A stretch of DNA of 64,000 nt from Octopus sinensis (Eukaryota). The position numbers and the translations under genes are program-made. Under the pieces are notes generated by a model that had not been told where the DNA came from, did not search any database, and saw only the letters and a list, made by a program, of their open reading frames with translations. The DNA lies in the NCBI RefSeq assembly GCF_006345805.1, contig NC_043001.1, positions 43,338,001 through 43,402,000 of the forward strand, written 5' to 3'. Shown piece by piece: positions 13,401 to 24,207 of this stretch (the first letter of the stretch is position 1; each line of letters opens with the position of its first letter).

Positions 13401-16400
13401 GCAAGTACATTTGGTCGGGTTGTATTGTTTGAATCAGAGCCTTCCCTTGAATTTCCACAAACTTTATCAATACAAATGTCCTGTGTGGGGACATACATCA
13501 TTCTGAAATTTTCAGCCACTTCATCAATGATAGGATGTATTTAGTGCAACCTATCATCCTGGTTCTTATCTGAGTTGAAATGTAGATTTCAAAAAGCGCC
13601 AAAAATTGATCATGTGCCATCATTTCTGGAAAGAAATGTGTTGGTGTGGCTGGATCCAGATTCCAATGACACTAAGGTCGGTTTATTCACGATGCACATC
13701 AGTATCAGCAGGGCAAGCAGAAATTTGATTTTGACCGTCTGGTTGGAAACCAATCACCACCATGCTGGGGATGGTTTTCAGCATACTCATTTTTGTTCGC
13801 TATATATTGGAACATTTCATTCATCAAAAACTCATGGAAGATTTGCAATGGTGAATTTCCATGTTCAAGGTTTGTCTTTATGTCAGGCGTACCAGTAAAC
13901 CCATACCATTGGACAAAATTGTCTCTTGCACGTCACATGATAGTCTGTTGTTTGGGGCCATTCACTACTGCACGCCTGTGCCTTTGATTCACTGGAATAT
14001 CACTATCACTATTGGAATCATCTGATTCTAAACTAGTAAGAATACTCACTATCTGAATCATTGTCTGAACTGGAAGAAACAACTGGTGAGGTGGTGAATT
14101 TTGGTATTGCCTGGTGCAACAACCGTAAATTTGACAAAACAGGATGTGACAATGAAGTGGTAGGACGTGATGAATGTAAATTCGACGAAACGGGATGCAA
14201 CAGCAAATTGACAGAGCCGGAGTGGCAGGACCAGCCTATCAGGTAGTAAATATTTACATGAAACATGTAATTGACCTATCAGTTGGCAGGTGGACCAGGC
14301 AGCATATAATTACATCAACCAAGCATGTACATTGCATGTGTAAATTTATGTCAACTATTTTAAAAGGATTAACTTGAATTTACATTCTGAAGATTCTCTG
14401 TTAAAAAAAGATTCAGGCATTTTGCTTTGTTTTTATTAACTATTTTTCTTTGTCTCTCATTCTCTCTCTAGCTACCAATGGAATCTGAACATGAAATTGA
14501 TTCTCATCTTGTCACCAATTCTATAATTCCCTCCAAAGATGTTGATGGGTAATACCAAAATATTTTTTATAGGAAACATTTCCTTTTGAAGCTTGCTTAA
14601 CTTGGAAGACAGATATATCTGTGTGTATGTGTATAGGTGTATTGTATATAAGTTTTCTTCCCAACTATAAATCCACTACTTGACACCTGGTAAATGCCTT
14701 CTTTAGCTCCTGGCCAACAAAAGCCTTGTAAGTGAATTGGGTAGACAGAAACTGGAAGAAGTCTGTTGTATTATATCTTTCATTATCATTTAATACCTAC
14801 CTTCCATGCTGGCATGGGTTGTTTGGTTTAACAATATCCAATAAACCAGAAGATTGCACAGAGCTCCAACATCTGCTTTGGTAGGGCTTCTACAGTTGGA
14901 TGCCCTTTCAAGCACCAACCACTTCACAAAGTGTACTGGAAGCTCTTTTCAAAAAGAGGAGTCTCTGCAACTAAGTAGTAAAAGAAGAGGTGGTTTTATG
15001 CCAGGTGTTGTGAAGCTAGAGTATGATAGAGGAACTCACATAAATGTTTTGGTGTAGGGGATATATAGGGTTATGTTGCATTATACAAGTGGTTGGGAAT
15101 AGCTGGAAAGAATCTGTCTGGCAACCGTGTCGGTGGCACGTAAAAGCACCATCCGTTCGCGTCCGTTGCCAGCCTCGGCTGGCCCCCGTGCCGGTGACAC
15201 GTAAAAGCACCGTCCGTTCGTGGCCGGTTGCCAGCTCTGTCTGGCCCCGTGTCGGTGGCACGTAAAAGCACCATCCGTTCGTGTCCGTTGCCAGCATCGC
15301 CTGGCCCTGTGCCGGTGACACGTAAAAGCACCATCCGTTCGTGGCCGTTCGCCAGCTCTGTCTGGCACCTGTGCAGGTGGCACATAAAAAACACCCACTA
15401 CACTCGCGGAGTGGTTGGCGTTAGGAAGGGCATCCAGCCGTAGAAACACTGCCAGATCTGACTGGGCCTGACGAAGCCTTCCAGCTTCACAGACCCCAGT
15501 TGACCCGTCCAACCCATGCTAGCATGGAAAGCGGACGCTAAACGATGATGATGATGATGAATATAAGGATGTTGGTAACAAGGAACAGATAAAGATGTAG
15601 AGGTTAATGTAGTGAGTGATATACAAGGGTGAAAGTGTAGTTAATAGGAAATATCTGGGGCTGGTTATGCGAAACTGGTGTAGGAGACAGCTGTGAACTC
15701 ACTTTATATGCCGGGTCTTCGCAGTCACAGCATATCTCCAGAGGTCTCGATCTTTTGTCATTGCCTCTGTGAGGCCCACGTTTGAAGGTCATGCTTCACC
15801 ACCTCATCCCATGTCTTCCTAGGTCTACCTCTACCCTGGATTCCTTCAACTGTTTGGGAGTGGCACTTCTTCACACAGCTCTCCTCATCTATCCATAGTA
15901 CATGGCCATACCAGTGCAAACGTCTCTCTTGCACACCACATCCAATAAGAAATGACTGACTTTTTTAGAGTCCATTTGGATCTGTATAAAAATAAACAGT
16001 TGCTGCTTGGTGTGATCTGCACATGCATGTATTTTCCACATACACTGTCATGCTATTAAACTGCTAGTCAGTTAACTAATAACCCATGTTATGTTTATTA
16101 AATAAAATTATGGTTATTATCTTGCTTGTATATATTTGTCTATTTAAACAGGTTATTGTTTGCTAACAAAACTTAATAGATCCATTGAAAATTGAATTTG
16201 TATTCTTTGTAGTTTGCATTCAGAAAATGCTGGAAAGTTAGCTGTTGGTGACCTCAGTCACTGTATTACTCCCTGTACTCCACGGGGATGTTTAGAATTA
16301 ATCAAAAAATCAGGTATAGTTTTACTTTTATTTTTTATCTACCATCATTATCATGAGGTGTTATCATCTCTAGAAGCTCATCTTTATTGTCATGGTATTA

Positions 16401-19400
16401 CGTAATTACCAAATTTTGCTAAACCTTTCACTCTACAACATTATATGTCCCAGATTCTTTTTCCAAACACAGATTTAAACTTTACATTTCCTGTTAACAC
16501 CATAGCAGTTACTTGTGACCTTTTAAAAATAGATTTAATTTCATTCTTTTTTTTTTTTTTTAACTAATCGTAAATACTTGTAGTTGTATAAAGTACATGT
16601 AGGTGTAATACACACTAGTGATTAATTATATTACAATATTTAGCTGGTGGTGGTGAGTTGTTGTATTCTTATATTTTAATATTTGGATTTTTTCTAAATT
16701 AGCTTTGTAATGTTGGAGGCTAATCTCTATAAATTAGTATAAATGATTCACTTTATTGATGCAAACATAGCACCTAGCTATTACACTGTATTTACCTAGC
16801 AACAGTTTGTTAGTGATAGTAAACTTGATTATATATAGTTGTATGGTAGAAGTTTGCTTCCCAACTACATGGTCTTGGGTTCAGTCCCACTGTGCGGTAG
16901 CTCAGGCAAGTGTCTTCTGCTACAGCCCTGAACTGACCAAAGCCTTGTGAGTGAATTTGGTTGACAGAAGCTCATCATGCGTGTATGTATTTGTGTGTGC
17001 ATAAGTTGGTATCTCCTTGTCTCCACATCAAATGGTTGTTGTAAATGAGTGTCACTGTCATACAAGTGCTGTCCTTCATTTCCAGTCTTCCATGGAAGCA
17101 TGTCTGGTCATGGGGAATATTACCTTACTTGGCAATAAGAAAATCTGCCTCAAAAACTTCTGTCTGATACATACAAGCATTGGAAAAGTGGGTGGTGGTA
17201 GCATAACTTGATGCCTTATTGATATGCCATTTGGCCTTACATGATTCAAGAGAAAAAACATGAGTATAGTTTTCCTGTTACCTTTTCCATACCTCTAAGA
17301 AAGAGCTGAGCTTATCACTACAATTTAACAAAGCATTACTCAGTTATTAGGCTTTTATTTGATAACTGGGTTGTTTTTGGTAGGAGTATAATGCAATACT
17401 GGAAACAACAATAAATGATGACCTTGTTAGTTACCCAAGGTTCAATACAAGACACCTCTAAGTATTGCAGTGAAGTTAGATCCAGAACCATATGATTTGG
17501 AAGAAAACTTAACCACGCAGCTATGTCTGAATTCATGCATCACCCATATTCCTATTAAGTTGTCATCTCCTTTATCATTTAAAAGGTAAAGTTTATTTGA
17601 TAAATATTATTTAACCTTTTTGATACCTACCTGTCTGAGACTGCTCCTGGTTCTTTAATACAAACTTCCATTTCTAATAAATATTAGATATTTGTTAAAT
17701 CAAGTCTTAATAAATTTTCCTGAATTGAATCTATTCCACTAGGGGTGCCAGTTAGTGGTAAAACTGCTGTTGTGCTAGGTCGAAGCAAAATAGTCGGTGC
17801 TCCCATGTCCAATTTGTTATTATGGAACCATGCTACTGTCACAGTTTGTCACTCAAAGACTGTTGATCTGCCAGCTGTGGTAAGTTTGACAATATTTTTA
17901 CATATCTTTGTGTTACATATGTAATTCTTATTGGATGTTTTACTTGGCATTTCTCATTACTTGTGTGGGTTGGGTTAACCTTACGATGCATAGATCAAGA
18001 TATTTGCAATGATAATCTACTTATGACATTGTGGTAGGTGGGGACAATTTGTTCTTCAGCTGACGAATTGCTGTCCAGCTGACGAATTGCAGAAACCTTA
18101 TATTTTGTCCTCTGAATACAGTTGATTTCAATGGAAGGAAAGAATAATGGTATTAGAACTTGTAATTTAAACAAGTGAAACTGAATACTTTACTTTCTCT
18201 GTCAACTCACTCCTCAGTAGAATCTTGATTAATTCATAAGATTTTTATCTTCTGTATCACTCTGCAGTTTAGCATTACGTTTTGCAATTATCTAAAGTTG
18301 CATATTTTGTATTATTGCATTTTGGTTCAGATATTTATAATAAATAAATAAGTGTGCTTATTTATTTATGATGAACTAATTATTAAGGAATACTTTTACT
18401 TCCAAGTTTAGTGAGCCTAAAAGTATTCTATATGGAAAATGAGCCATTTTTACATTGCTGCTACCTTTGAGAAAATTAAGAGAGGCTATATGTAGTCAAA
18501 TATTCTTCAAATCACATCTTTCTGTCTTACAGAAATAAAAGACATTGGAGAATGTAGTTTCAGATACATTCTTTAAAAAAAAAAAAAAAAAGACATGGTC
18601 GTAGAGCTGATTTAGATTTAAACAACAACTATTGTTATTGATAAGAAATGTTTGCATGAATTACTAGATTAAATATCTCTATGTTGAAAACTTCTTTGAA
18701 ACACGCTACTACATTGCTGTCACAAATTAATGATGTTACTTATTATTTACTTGATTTTGTACTGGTTGCAATGTTGCTGATAAAATATTCTTTTTTTCAC
18801 ATGTCTGCAATTAATATTTTTTTTACAATTTTAAATTGTGTACCAACTCTGATTTTAAAATATTCTTCTGTTTATGTAAAAAAAAATTGGTCTGATTTTT
18901 TTTTCATTGGAAACAAAAGTAGACATCATCTCTAAAAGTTTTTACTATTACACATACCACAAGTTAGCATAGTTTTAAAAAAATATGATGCATTTATGAG
19001 CAATGTGTAAATAATTGTAGCTATAAACAAATGTCTAAACTTTTAATCACATTTGCACTAATGGGCTGGATATTAGAAAAAGATGTATTAGTAAACTGTC
19101 ACTGGGTTCTTAAATCTATGTATCCTTTGGTACATTTGCTTCATATGCTTTGCTCAGCTGTACGTGCGACATTTGTCAGTGTCTTCCTTTTATTATTGAA
19201 AACTTTTTAAGCTTCAGTTTAAGAAATTAATTTAAGTGTTCTTTTTCTGTTTTCAGGCTATTATCTTTTCATTGCAACATATGTCTAGATGATGGAAGTT
19301 TATCAATGTTAAATTATTTTACTGTATTTAATTTACAGACTTGTAATGTAAATTAAGAAATAAGCTTGTTTTGTCACCATCTTGTAGTTTTTTCTCTTCA

Positions 19401-20524
19401 CTTAAACTGCTATTTACTTTTGGAAAAGATTTGAATAGATGTAACACTACCTATCTTTCCCTTTTCTAAAGCCATAAACAGACACCTAATTATGCATTTG
19501 ACAAATGATTGATTAATTGTAAACATTACCTTTAAAGAGAAGAGTAGATATTCATTTGCTAATTAAACTAAAAATATTGTACAGGTGAGAACAGCTGACA
19601 TACTTGTGGTTGCTATAGGAAGACCAGAATTTGTCAAGTCAGATTGGATTAAGCCTGGTGCAGTTGTTGTTGATTGTGGAATTAATTCTATCCCAGGTTA
19701 GTGAAATACCTTCATATTTACTTCAGCTGGGGCATTTGTATAACACTTGTGTATATATACGTTTTAAGGAGACAGTTGCAATGTCACATGTTGATGCAAA
19801 ATCAAGTTTTATTTTCTACACTACCCTCTCTTTTCAACTTCACCCCTGTCTCTTGAAAATGCAAGTAGTCATGTTGCTTCTCTACAGCAAGGAATTTGTT
19901 CTGCTCTACCCCTTTTCCTCACATTTTATTCCTCTCTACTTTTTATAAGGTTGCTCTTTTCTAGATTCAGGGTTCATAGTCTTGCGAGCTGCATGATGGC
20001 CAAACTAGTGATGTTCGTATAGAAAATTTTCCAGCACATACTGTAAAATGATTGGAATTGAGAACATACACCTTCATACATGCCAAATAGACACTGGAGC
20101 ACTGATGTTGGTTTGTCAGAATTACCATTTTATTAGTTCAGCATAAGTCAGCATGAAAAAGACGTGTAAAGGGGTGATTTTTATATTGGCATATTTTGAA
20201 GTTTAGTGTTTGACAAGATAGTTAAAGAAACTGTTAATGGATATTTTCTAAGAGAAAAGTTGATGAGGCTTCAGTGTCATGTAATTATACAATGCGGTAA
20301 ATAACTATATAGATCAAATTGTCTGTATGTTTTCTTGTTTTACAGATGAGACAAAGAAAAGTGGAAAGAGACTTGTTGGTGATGTTGATTTTTGTGGAGC
20401 TAAAGAAGTTGCCTCTTGGATTACGCCAGTTCCGGGGGGTGTTGGTCCCATGACTGTGGCTATGCTGCTTCAGAACACTGTAGAAAGTGCCAAGAAGTTT
20501 GCGCCCAAGCAGTTTGAAAGTTGA
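4210..20524 (+). CDS. MTHFD1: MTHFD1-type NADP-dependent methylene-THF dehydrogenase/cyclohydrolase, D/C domain only (299 aa from ATG 4399; 362 aa from ATG 4210)
   Basis: Hand-spliced exons with GT-AG ends: 4399(4210)-4433, 8957-9041, 10141-10254, 11083-11142, 14472-14548, 16213-16313, 17743-17879, 19585-19696, 20346-20524. Total 900 nt, in frame. Motifs: [14 protein letters not shown] (YxxxK), [57 protein letters not shown]. Stop TGA at 20522-20524. Confidence 0.93.
4970..5760. repeat. Foldback-like copy of the ATCCGATTCTG repeat family in MTHFD intron 1
   Basis: GTTTTTGGTTATGGAGGATCCGATTCTGAAAA (~5103-5135) is inverted as TTTCAGAATCGGATCCTCCATAACCAAAAAC (~5718-5748). TACGTAGAAAAATACGAAG is also inverted. 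Confidence 0.6.
6886..7400 (-). mobile_element. CR1/L2-like LINE 3' remnant plus the abundant 'TTAGGAAGGGCATCCA...AACCCATGCTAG' tail repeat
   Basis: Tail motif 6886-7030 recurs at ~14810, 15410, 21200, 23420, 24860, 53810 and 58020. ORF 6999-7343 resembles a decayed LINE C-terminus. Confidence 0.5.
7869..8092. mobile_element. TTAA-flanked piggyBac-type MITE, family B
   Basis: TTAA|CCCTTTG...ATGCTAATAGG|TTAA. Partial relatives at ~23130-23225, 53950-54067, 54140-54350 and 54400-54500. Confidence 0.6.
8253..8481. mobile_element. TTAA-flanked piggyBac-type MITE, family A
   Basis: TTAA|CCCTTTCGTTAC...GTAATGAAAGGG|TTAA. Near-identical copies at 51517 and 52186. Confidence 0.85.
8957..9041 (+). 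CDS. MTHFD1: MTHFD exon 2
   Basis: ttttag|G GAG ATC CGC ... GTC CAG|gtgaga; [28 protein letters not shown]. Confidence 0.92.
10141..10254 (+). CDS. MTHFD1: MTHFD exon 3
   Basis: [38 protein letters not shown]|gtaagt. Confidence 0.93.
11083..11142 (+). CDS. MTHFD1: MTHFD exon 4
   Basis: [20 protein letters not shown]|gtactt. Confidence 0.92.
12176..14372 (-). mobile_element. Decayed piggyBac (PGBD4-like) transposon in MTHFD intron 4
   Basis: Frameshifted minus-strand transposase: D-E-S-like region followed by KFKGRLRFKQY/RARFG (~13480-13390), [16 protein letters not shown] (ORF 13091-13273), and C-terminal Cys-rich domain [10 protein letters not shown]...[20 protein letters not shown] (~12680-12550). 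TTAA at both ends, but the TIRs are poorly matched. Confidence 0.8.
14472..14548 (+). CDS. MTHFD1: MTHFD exon 5
   Basis: [26 protein letters not shown]|gtaata. Confidence 0.92.
15126..15560 (+). repeat. SINE/LINE-tail element with five ~61-bp tandem units and a (GAT)n tail
   Basis: CACGTAAAAGCACC recurs at 15137, 15198, 15259, 15319 and (degenerate) 15381, followed by the TTAGGAAGGGCATCCAG tail and GATGATGATGATGA. Confidence 0.85.
15700..15945 (-). mobile_element. RTE-clade LINE ORF2 C-terminal fragment
   Basis: Minus strand reads [11 protein letters not shown]...[17 protein letters not shown] (RTE-type WxGHV / GRPxxTW). Confidence 0.75.
16213..16313 (+). CDS. MTHFD1: MTHFD exon 6
   Basis: [33 protein letters not shown]|gtatag. 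Confidence 0.92.
16840..17200 (+). mobile_element. Diverged tRNA-derived SINE
   Basis: GGGTTCAGTCCCACTG...GGCAAGTGTCTTCT...CCAAAGCCTTGTGAGTGAATTTGG, as in 2584-2953. Confidence 0.7.
17743..17879 (+). CDS. MTHFD1: MTHFD exon 7
   Basis: [46 protein letters not shown]|gtaagt. Confidence 0.94.
19585..19696 (+). CDS. MTHFD1: MTHFD exon 8
   Basis: [37 protein letters not shown]|gttagt. Confidence 0.94.
20346..20524 (+). CDS. MTHFD1: MTHFD terminal exon 9
   Basis: [59 protein letters not shown]. Confidence 0.92.
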
Positions 20525-20607
20525 AGTTGTTACAATTACAGTAGTTGTAGTTGTGGAGACACACTTGCACATGACTGAATCTAGTAGTAATTCACTACTT
20601 TGTGAAA

Positions 20608-20613
20608 AATAAA
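20608..20613 (+). terminator. Polyadenylation signal candidate for the MTHFD gene
   Basis: AATAAA 84 nt after the stop codon, followed by U/GU-rich sequence. Confidence 0.55.
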
Positions 20614-21139
20614 GTGTTCAATATATTTTGCATAAAATTTTTCATTTATCTGTTATTAAATGTGTTTTGGTAAAATGATAAATATTGCAGCCTTTCCTGA
20701 GATATCAATTGCAATGGCTCATTGAGAGCTTAGGAATTCACTGTGAAATCCATCTCATTTGAAATGGTCTTTAACTGATAATTTCAAATGCAAATACACC
20801 AGTCTTCTCTTTTATATATATATATATATATAAAGCCGATGTTAATGTAGTGAGCATCAAATCTAATTAGATATTATCTGAGTTGATTATTTTACAGTTT
20901 TTACATGCTAGCATAGGTGGATAATTCAGGTATATTTTTTTACAGTTTGATGCTCTTAGTATAACTAATCCTTACTTATTTTTCAGGTACACTAATTTGA
21001 ATTAAAATGACAGCATAATCATTATAAGATTTTTCTTTCTGTTTTCATTGAAAAGAACGTATAAAACTCTTTCACTGGTCAACCATTAGCACTGTATCCT
21101 TACAAAATAAGGTACATTTACACCATCGTTTAATATTTT

Positions 21140-21520
21140 CCATACTGGCATGAGTTGCAACTAGACAGCAGCTGGCCAGCCAGGGAGCTGTCTAGACTCC
21201 AATTGTTTGTGGTATGGTTTCTTGGGCTGGATGCTCTTCCTTGTGCCAACTACTTTACTGTTTGCTGGGTGCTTTTTCCATGCCACTGGCACCTGTAGAG
21301 AACAGGGCTGTGTACGGATGTCAGCCATTTTACTTAGTTTGATGCAACTTATCAAGTACAGTGAATCACCACAACTTCCAGTCGTCTCAGCGAGGCCCAG
21401 TGTCCAAAGAGCCTATTTACCACTTTGTCCTGTCTTCCTGGGTCTACCCCTACCACAATGAGCTTAGCATTTCTTTATGCCACTGTCTTCATCCATATGC
21501 ATCATATGACGAAACCAGCA
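21140..21520 (-). mobile_element. RTE LINE 3' fragment plus tail repeat
   Basis: GRGRPR-like segment (CTTCCTGGGTCTACCCCTACC on +) adjacent to the GGCATCCAGC tail. A similar block lies at 23400-23900. Confidence 0.55.
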
Positions 21521-24133
21521 GTACCCAATAATAAAGCTTAACACGAAAATTAATAATTTCCCATTTATGCACATTGTTTATATTCAAATGCTGAGAATAT
21601 ATAATTGCATTTCCATTGTAGACAATATGTTATACTGTCATAAAGCATCCTTTATACAAGGATGCATCACAAAAGAAACATGTAAAATAGGTTTCACCTT
21701 GATACCTTTTTTCTCCCCTTTATCTTTTCAAACTAGTGGAAGTTGATATTTTCTGTTTACACCCATCCATTTCAGTTCATTTTGCTTTCTTGGAGAATAG
21801 CCACCTGCAACCCACTCTGTAACTGACATGTAATGTCAATAGGAAGTTTCTGATGGCAGTCTTTTGATGGTGATACCTTGTGGCTTTTCATGTACACAAT
21901 AAAAGAATTTAGAGATTAAATTTACTAAAAATCCCATAAGATATATCATTTTCTTCCAGGATGTTTCACTGGATAGCATAATGGTTTGATTTGACATTGC
22001 CCCATTTGTTTATATGATTGAGTTTACCTTCAGTACCAACACCTGTTTTTTGAGTGGTAGACATGAACATTTGCTGTCTGTCCTTGTACAAGGTGACTTG
22101 CAACTTGCTGTCCTCGCCAAGTGTCTCCACTCTTCTCATTTTATTATTTTGTAAACTTTTTTTTTTTTGGTGTAACCTTTTATTGTACTGCAAATGTTTA
22201 CAAAAACATTCTGTCAGAACCACTGTAAAACAAGAATAAGTCAAAATACAAATGCTTGTATTGACCCCAATCCATTTTGTCTCTACTTCTCTCAGTGTAA
22301 ATGTCAAAAGTTTACACAGTAGTTGGTGAATTATGAACCTCCCATTCAGTCATGCCCTAACTGGCATGTTTTGCTAGAAATGTACGCTGTTCAGAAATTA
22401 TTGCTTCATCATGACAGATTTTTTCCTGGAAAATAGTTTGATTTTTCAGATGTCAAGTCCAACATTGGGTACACCTTGTATAGAGGGTTGTAGTAATAGT
22501 GCAGATTAATACCTGGTTTGGGGCATGATACTGGATATATTATGGTCAGTGTACCCGATATCCACCTTCCCATTTGCTATTCCTGATGTCATTAAAAATT
22601 TCAATCCACAAGACGATCTACCTCCCAAAGCTTAAACCTCTAATTTCTTGCTTTTACTACAAACATATGCATGCACATTGTTCACGGTATTCAGAAAGAA
22701 ATGGCTTTTCCTTTCATGATCTTAAAGCTATGAGATTTCCATGACGATTTATTTGGTCATAGAGTGAATACTTTAGGCCAGTTTAATTATGCAATCCATT
22801 TTTTTGTGGGTCAGATGGAATTTGCAATAGATTGTTCTGTCTCCCAACCCTCACCTATTTTGAGGCCAAGGTAATATTTCATGACAGGCTTCTTTTAGCT
22901 TCTGCCTACCAGTCCTTTTCACAAGGAATTGATTGGCCTGAGTATAGAAGATACTTGCTCAGGATGCTACAATGAGACTGAACCCAAGTTTACTTCACTG
23001 GGGAGCAAGCTTCTTAACCATATAGCCACACTTGTACCTATGCCTATCTGAACAATTAGCCCCAATGACTGTTTTCAACCCATTATCATTCAGATTATTT
23101 CGTCAAATGTAATAATTATTTATTCATTGTTTTAACTTTTAGAATGACATTGTAGAGGTGAGAAGCCAGATCTGGCCAATTTAAATTCTAATGGGGAAAT
23201 GGTTATCTACAGAACATGTTAGTTAACATGATTCCAAATATTTTTCAACAGTGTTAAATATCTCTATTGACCTTGGTATTTCTGGTTCATAGTCATGTAT
23301 CCAAAAAGATGCATAGATAAGTACCTGTTTGCAACCACTTATAAAGCCAAACATTAGTGTCTGGTATGGAATAAGAATAGTGCTGAGGGCCAGAGCTGGC
23401 AAGCCACACCACACTCGTCTGATATGGCATGGTTTCTACAGCTGGATGCCCTTCCTAACACCAGTGTACTAGGCACTACATGGTACGAGTACTTTATACC
23501 ATCAAAAGGATTGGTCTTAACACTTCTGCTGCAGATTATGGGTTTCTGTAAGTGTGGCAAGGCGCCAAAGTCCTTTGTCAACTCACCTGAAAGGTTCAGT
23601 ATCCTGAGGTAGTTCTTCAGTACTTCATCTCGTGTCTTCCACCCACTTTGAGACATTGGCACTTCCTTATGGAGCTATTGGAACACATAGGAACTAATTC
23701 CTCTTCTGCCTTACTTCTCTCTCAGAACACTAGCACTGTCAAACATGTTCACTTACATTACACATCCAGCAGAGCATACCAGCCTCATTCCTCTCTAAAA
23801 CAAGTGGCAGCTCTGTGAATTTCTTGCATCCTATTCTTATTCTAGTAATCACACTCTCCATGCACCTTCCCTCATTACTAATTTAGTCCCCTAGGTAACA
23901 GAAATCTTTCAATGATTAATTTTAATAAGAGCAAACCCTATGTAATGATAAAAGAGCAAGTTTAACATTCATCTTATTCTAACACACTGAAGACTTAATT
24001 TTACAAAGCAATCTAGTTACAGTCACTATTGTGGATTCCACGTCAGTTACAAGGAGAGTGGGAACAGGTTAAAGCCAATAATTAGAAAACAACAAATTTA
24101 TATTAATGCCATTTATTGAACTTCATTCTAAGG

Positions 24134-24207
24134 TTATGCTACATCTTCCTTAGTGGCTCTGGTGTAGATGATCTGTGAATGGTGTTTGGATACCAGCTTG
24201 ATGTCAC
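24134..24207 (-). CDS. RPS25: RPS25 exon 4 (terminal)
   Basis: ttttag|GT GAC ATC AAG CTG GTA TCC ... GCA TAA. Confidence 0.93.

Noticed and set aside
20525-24100. Search for formyl-THF synthetase exons continuing MTHFD1
   Set aside because: Only RTE and SINE remnants and AT-rich sequence were found by eye, with no PVPSDI-like or synthetase-like peptide.
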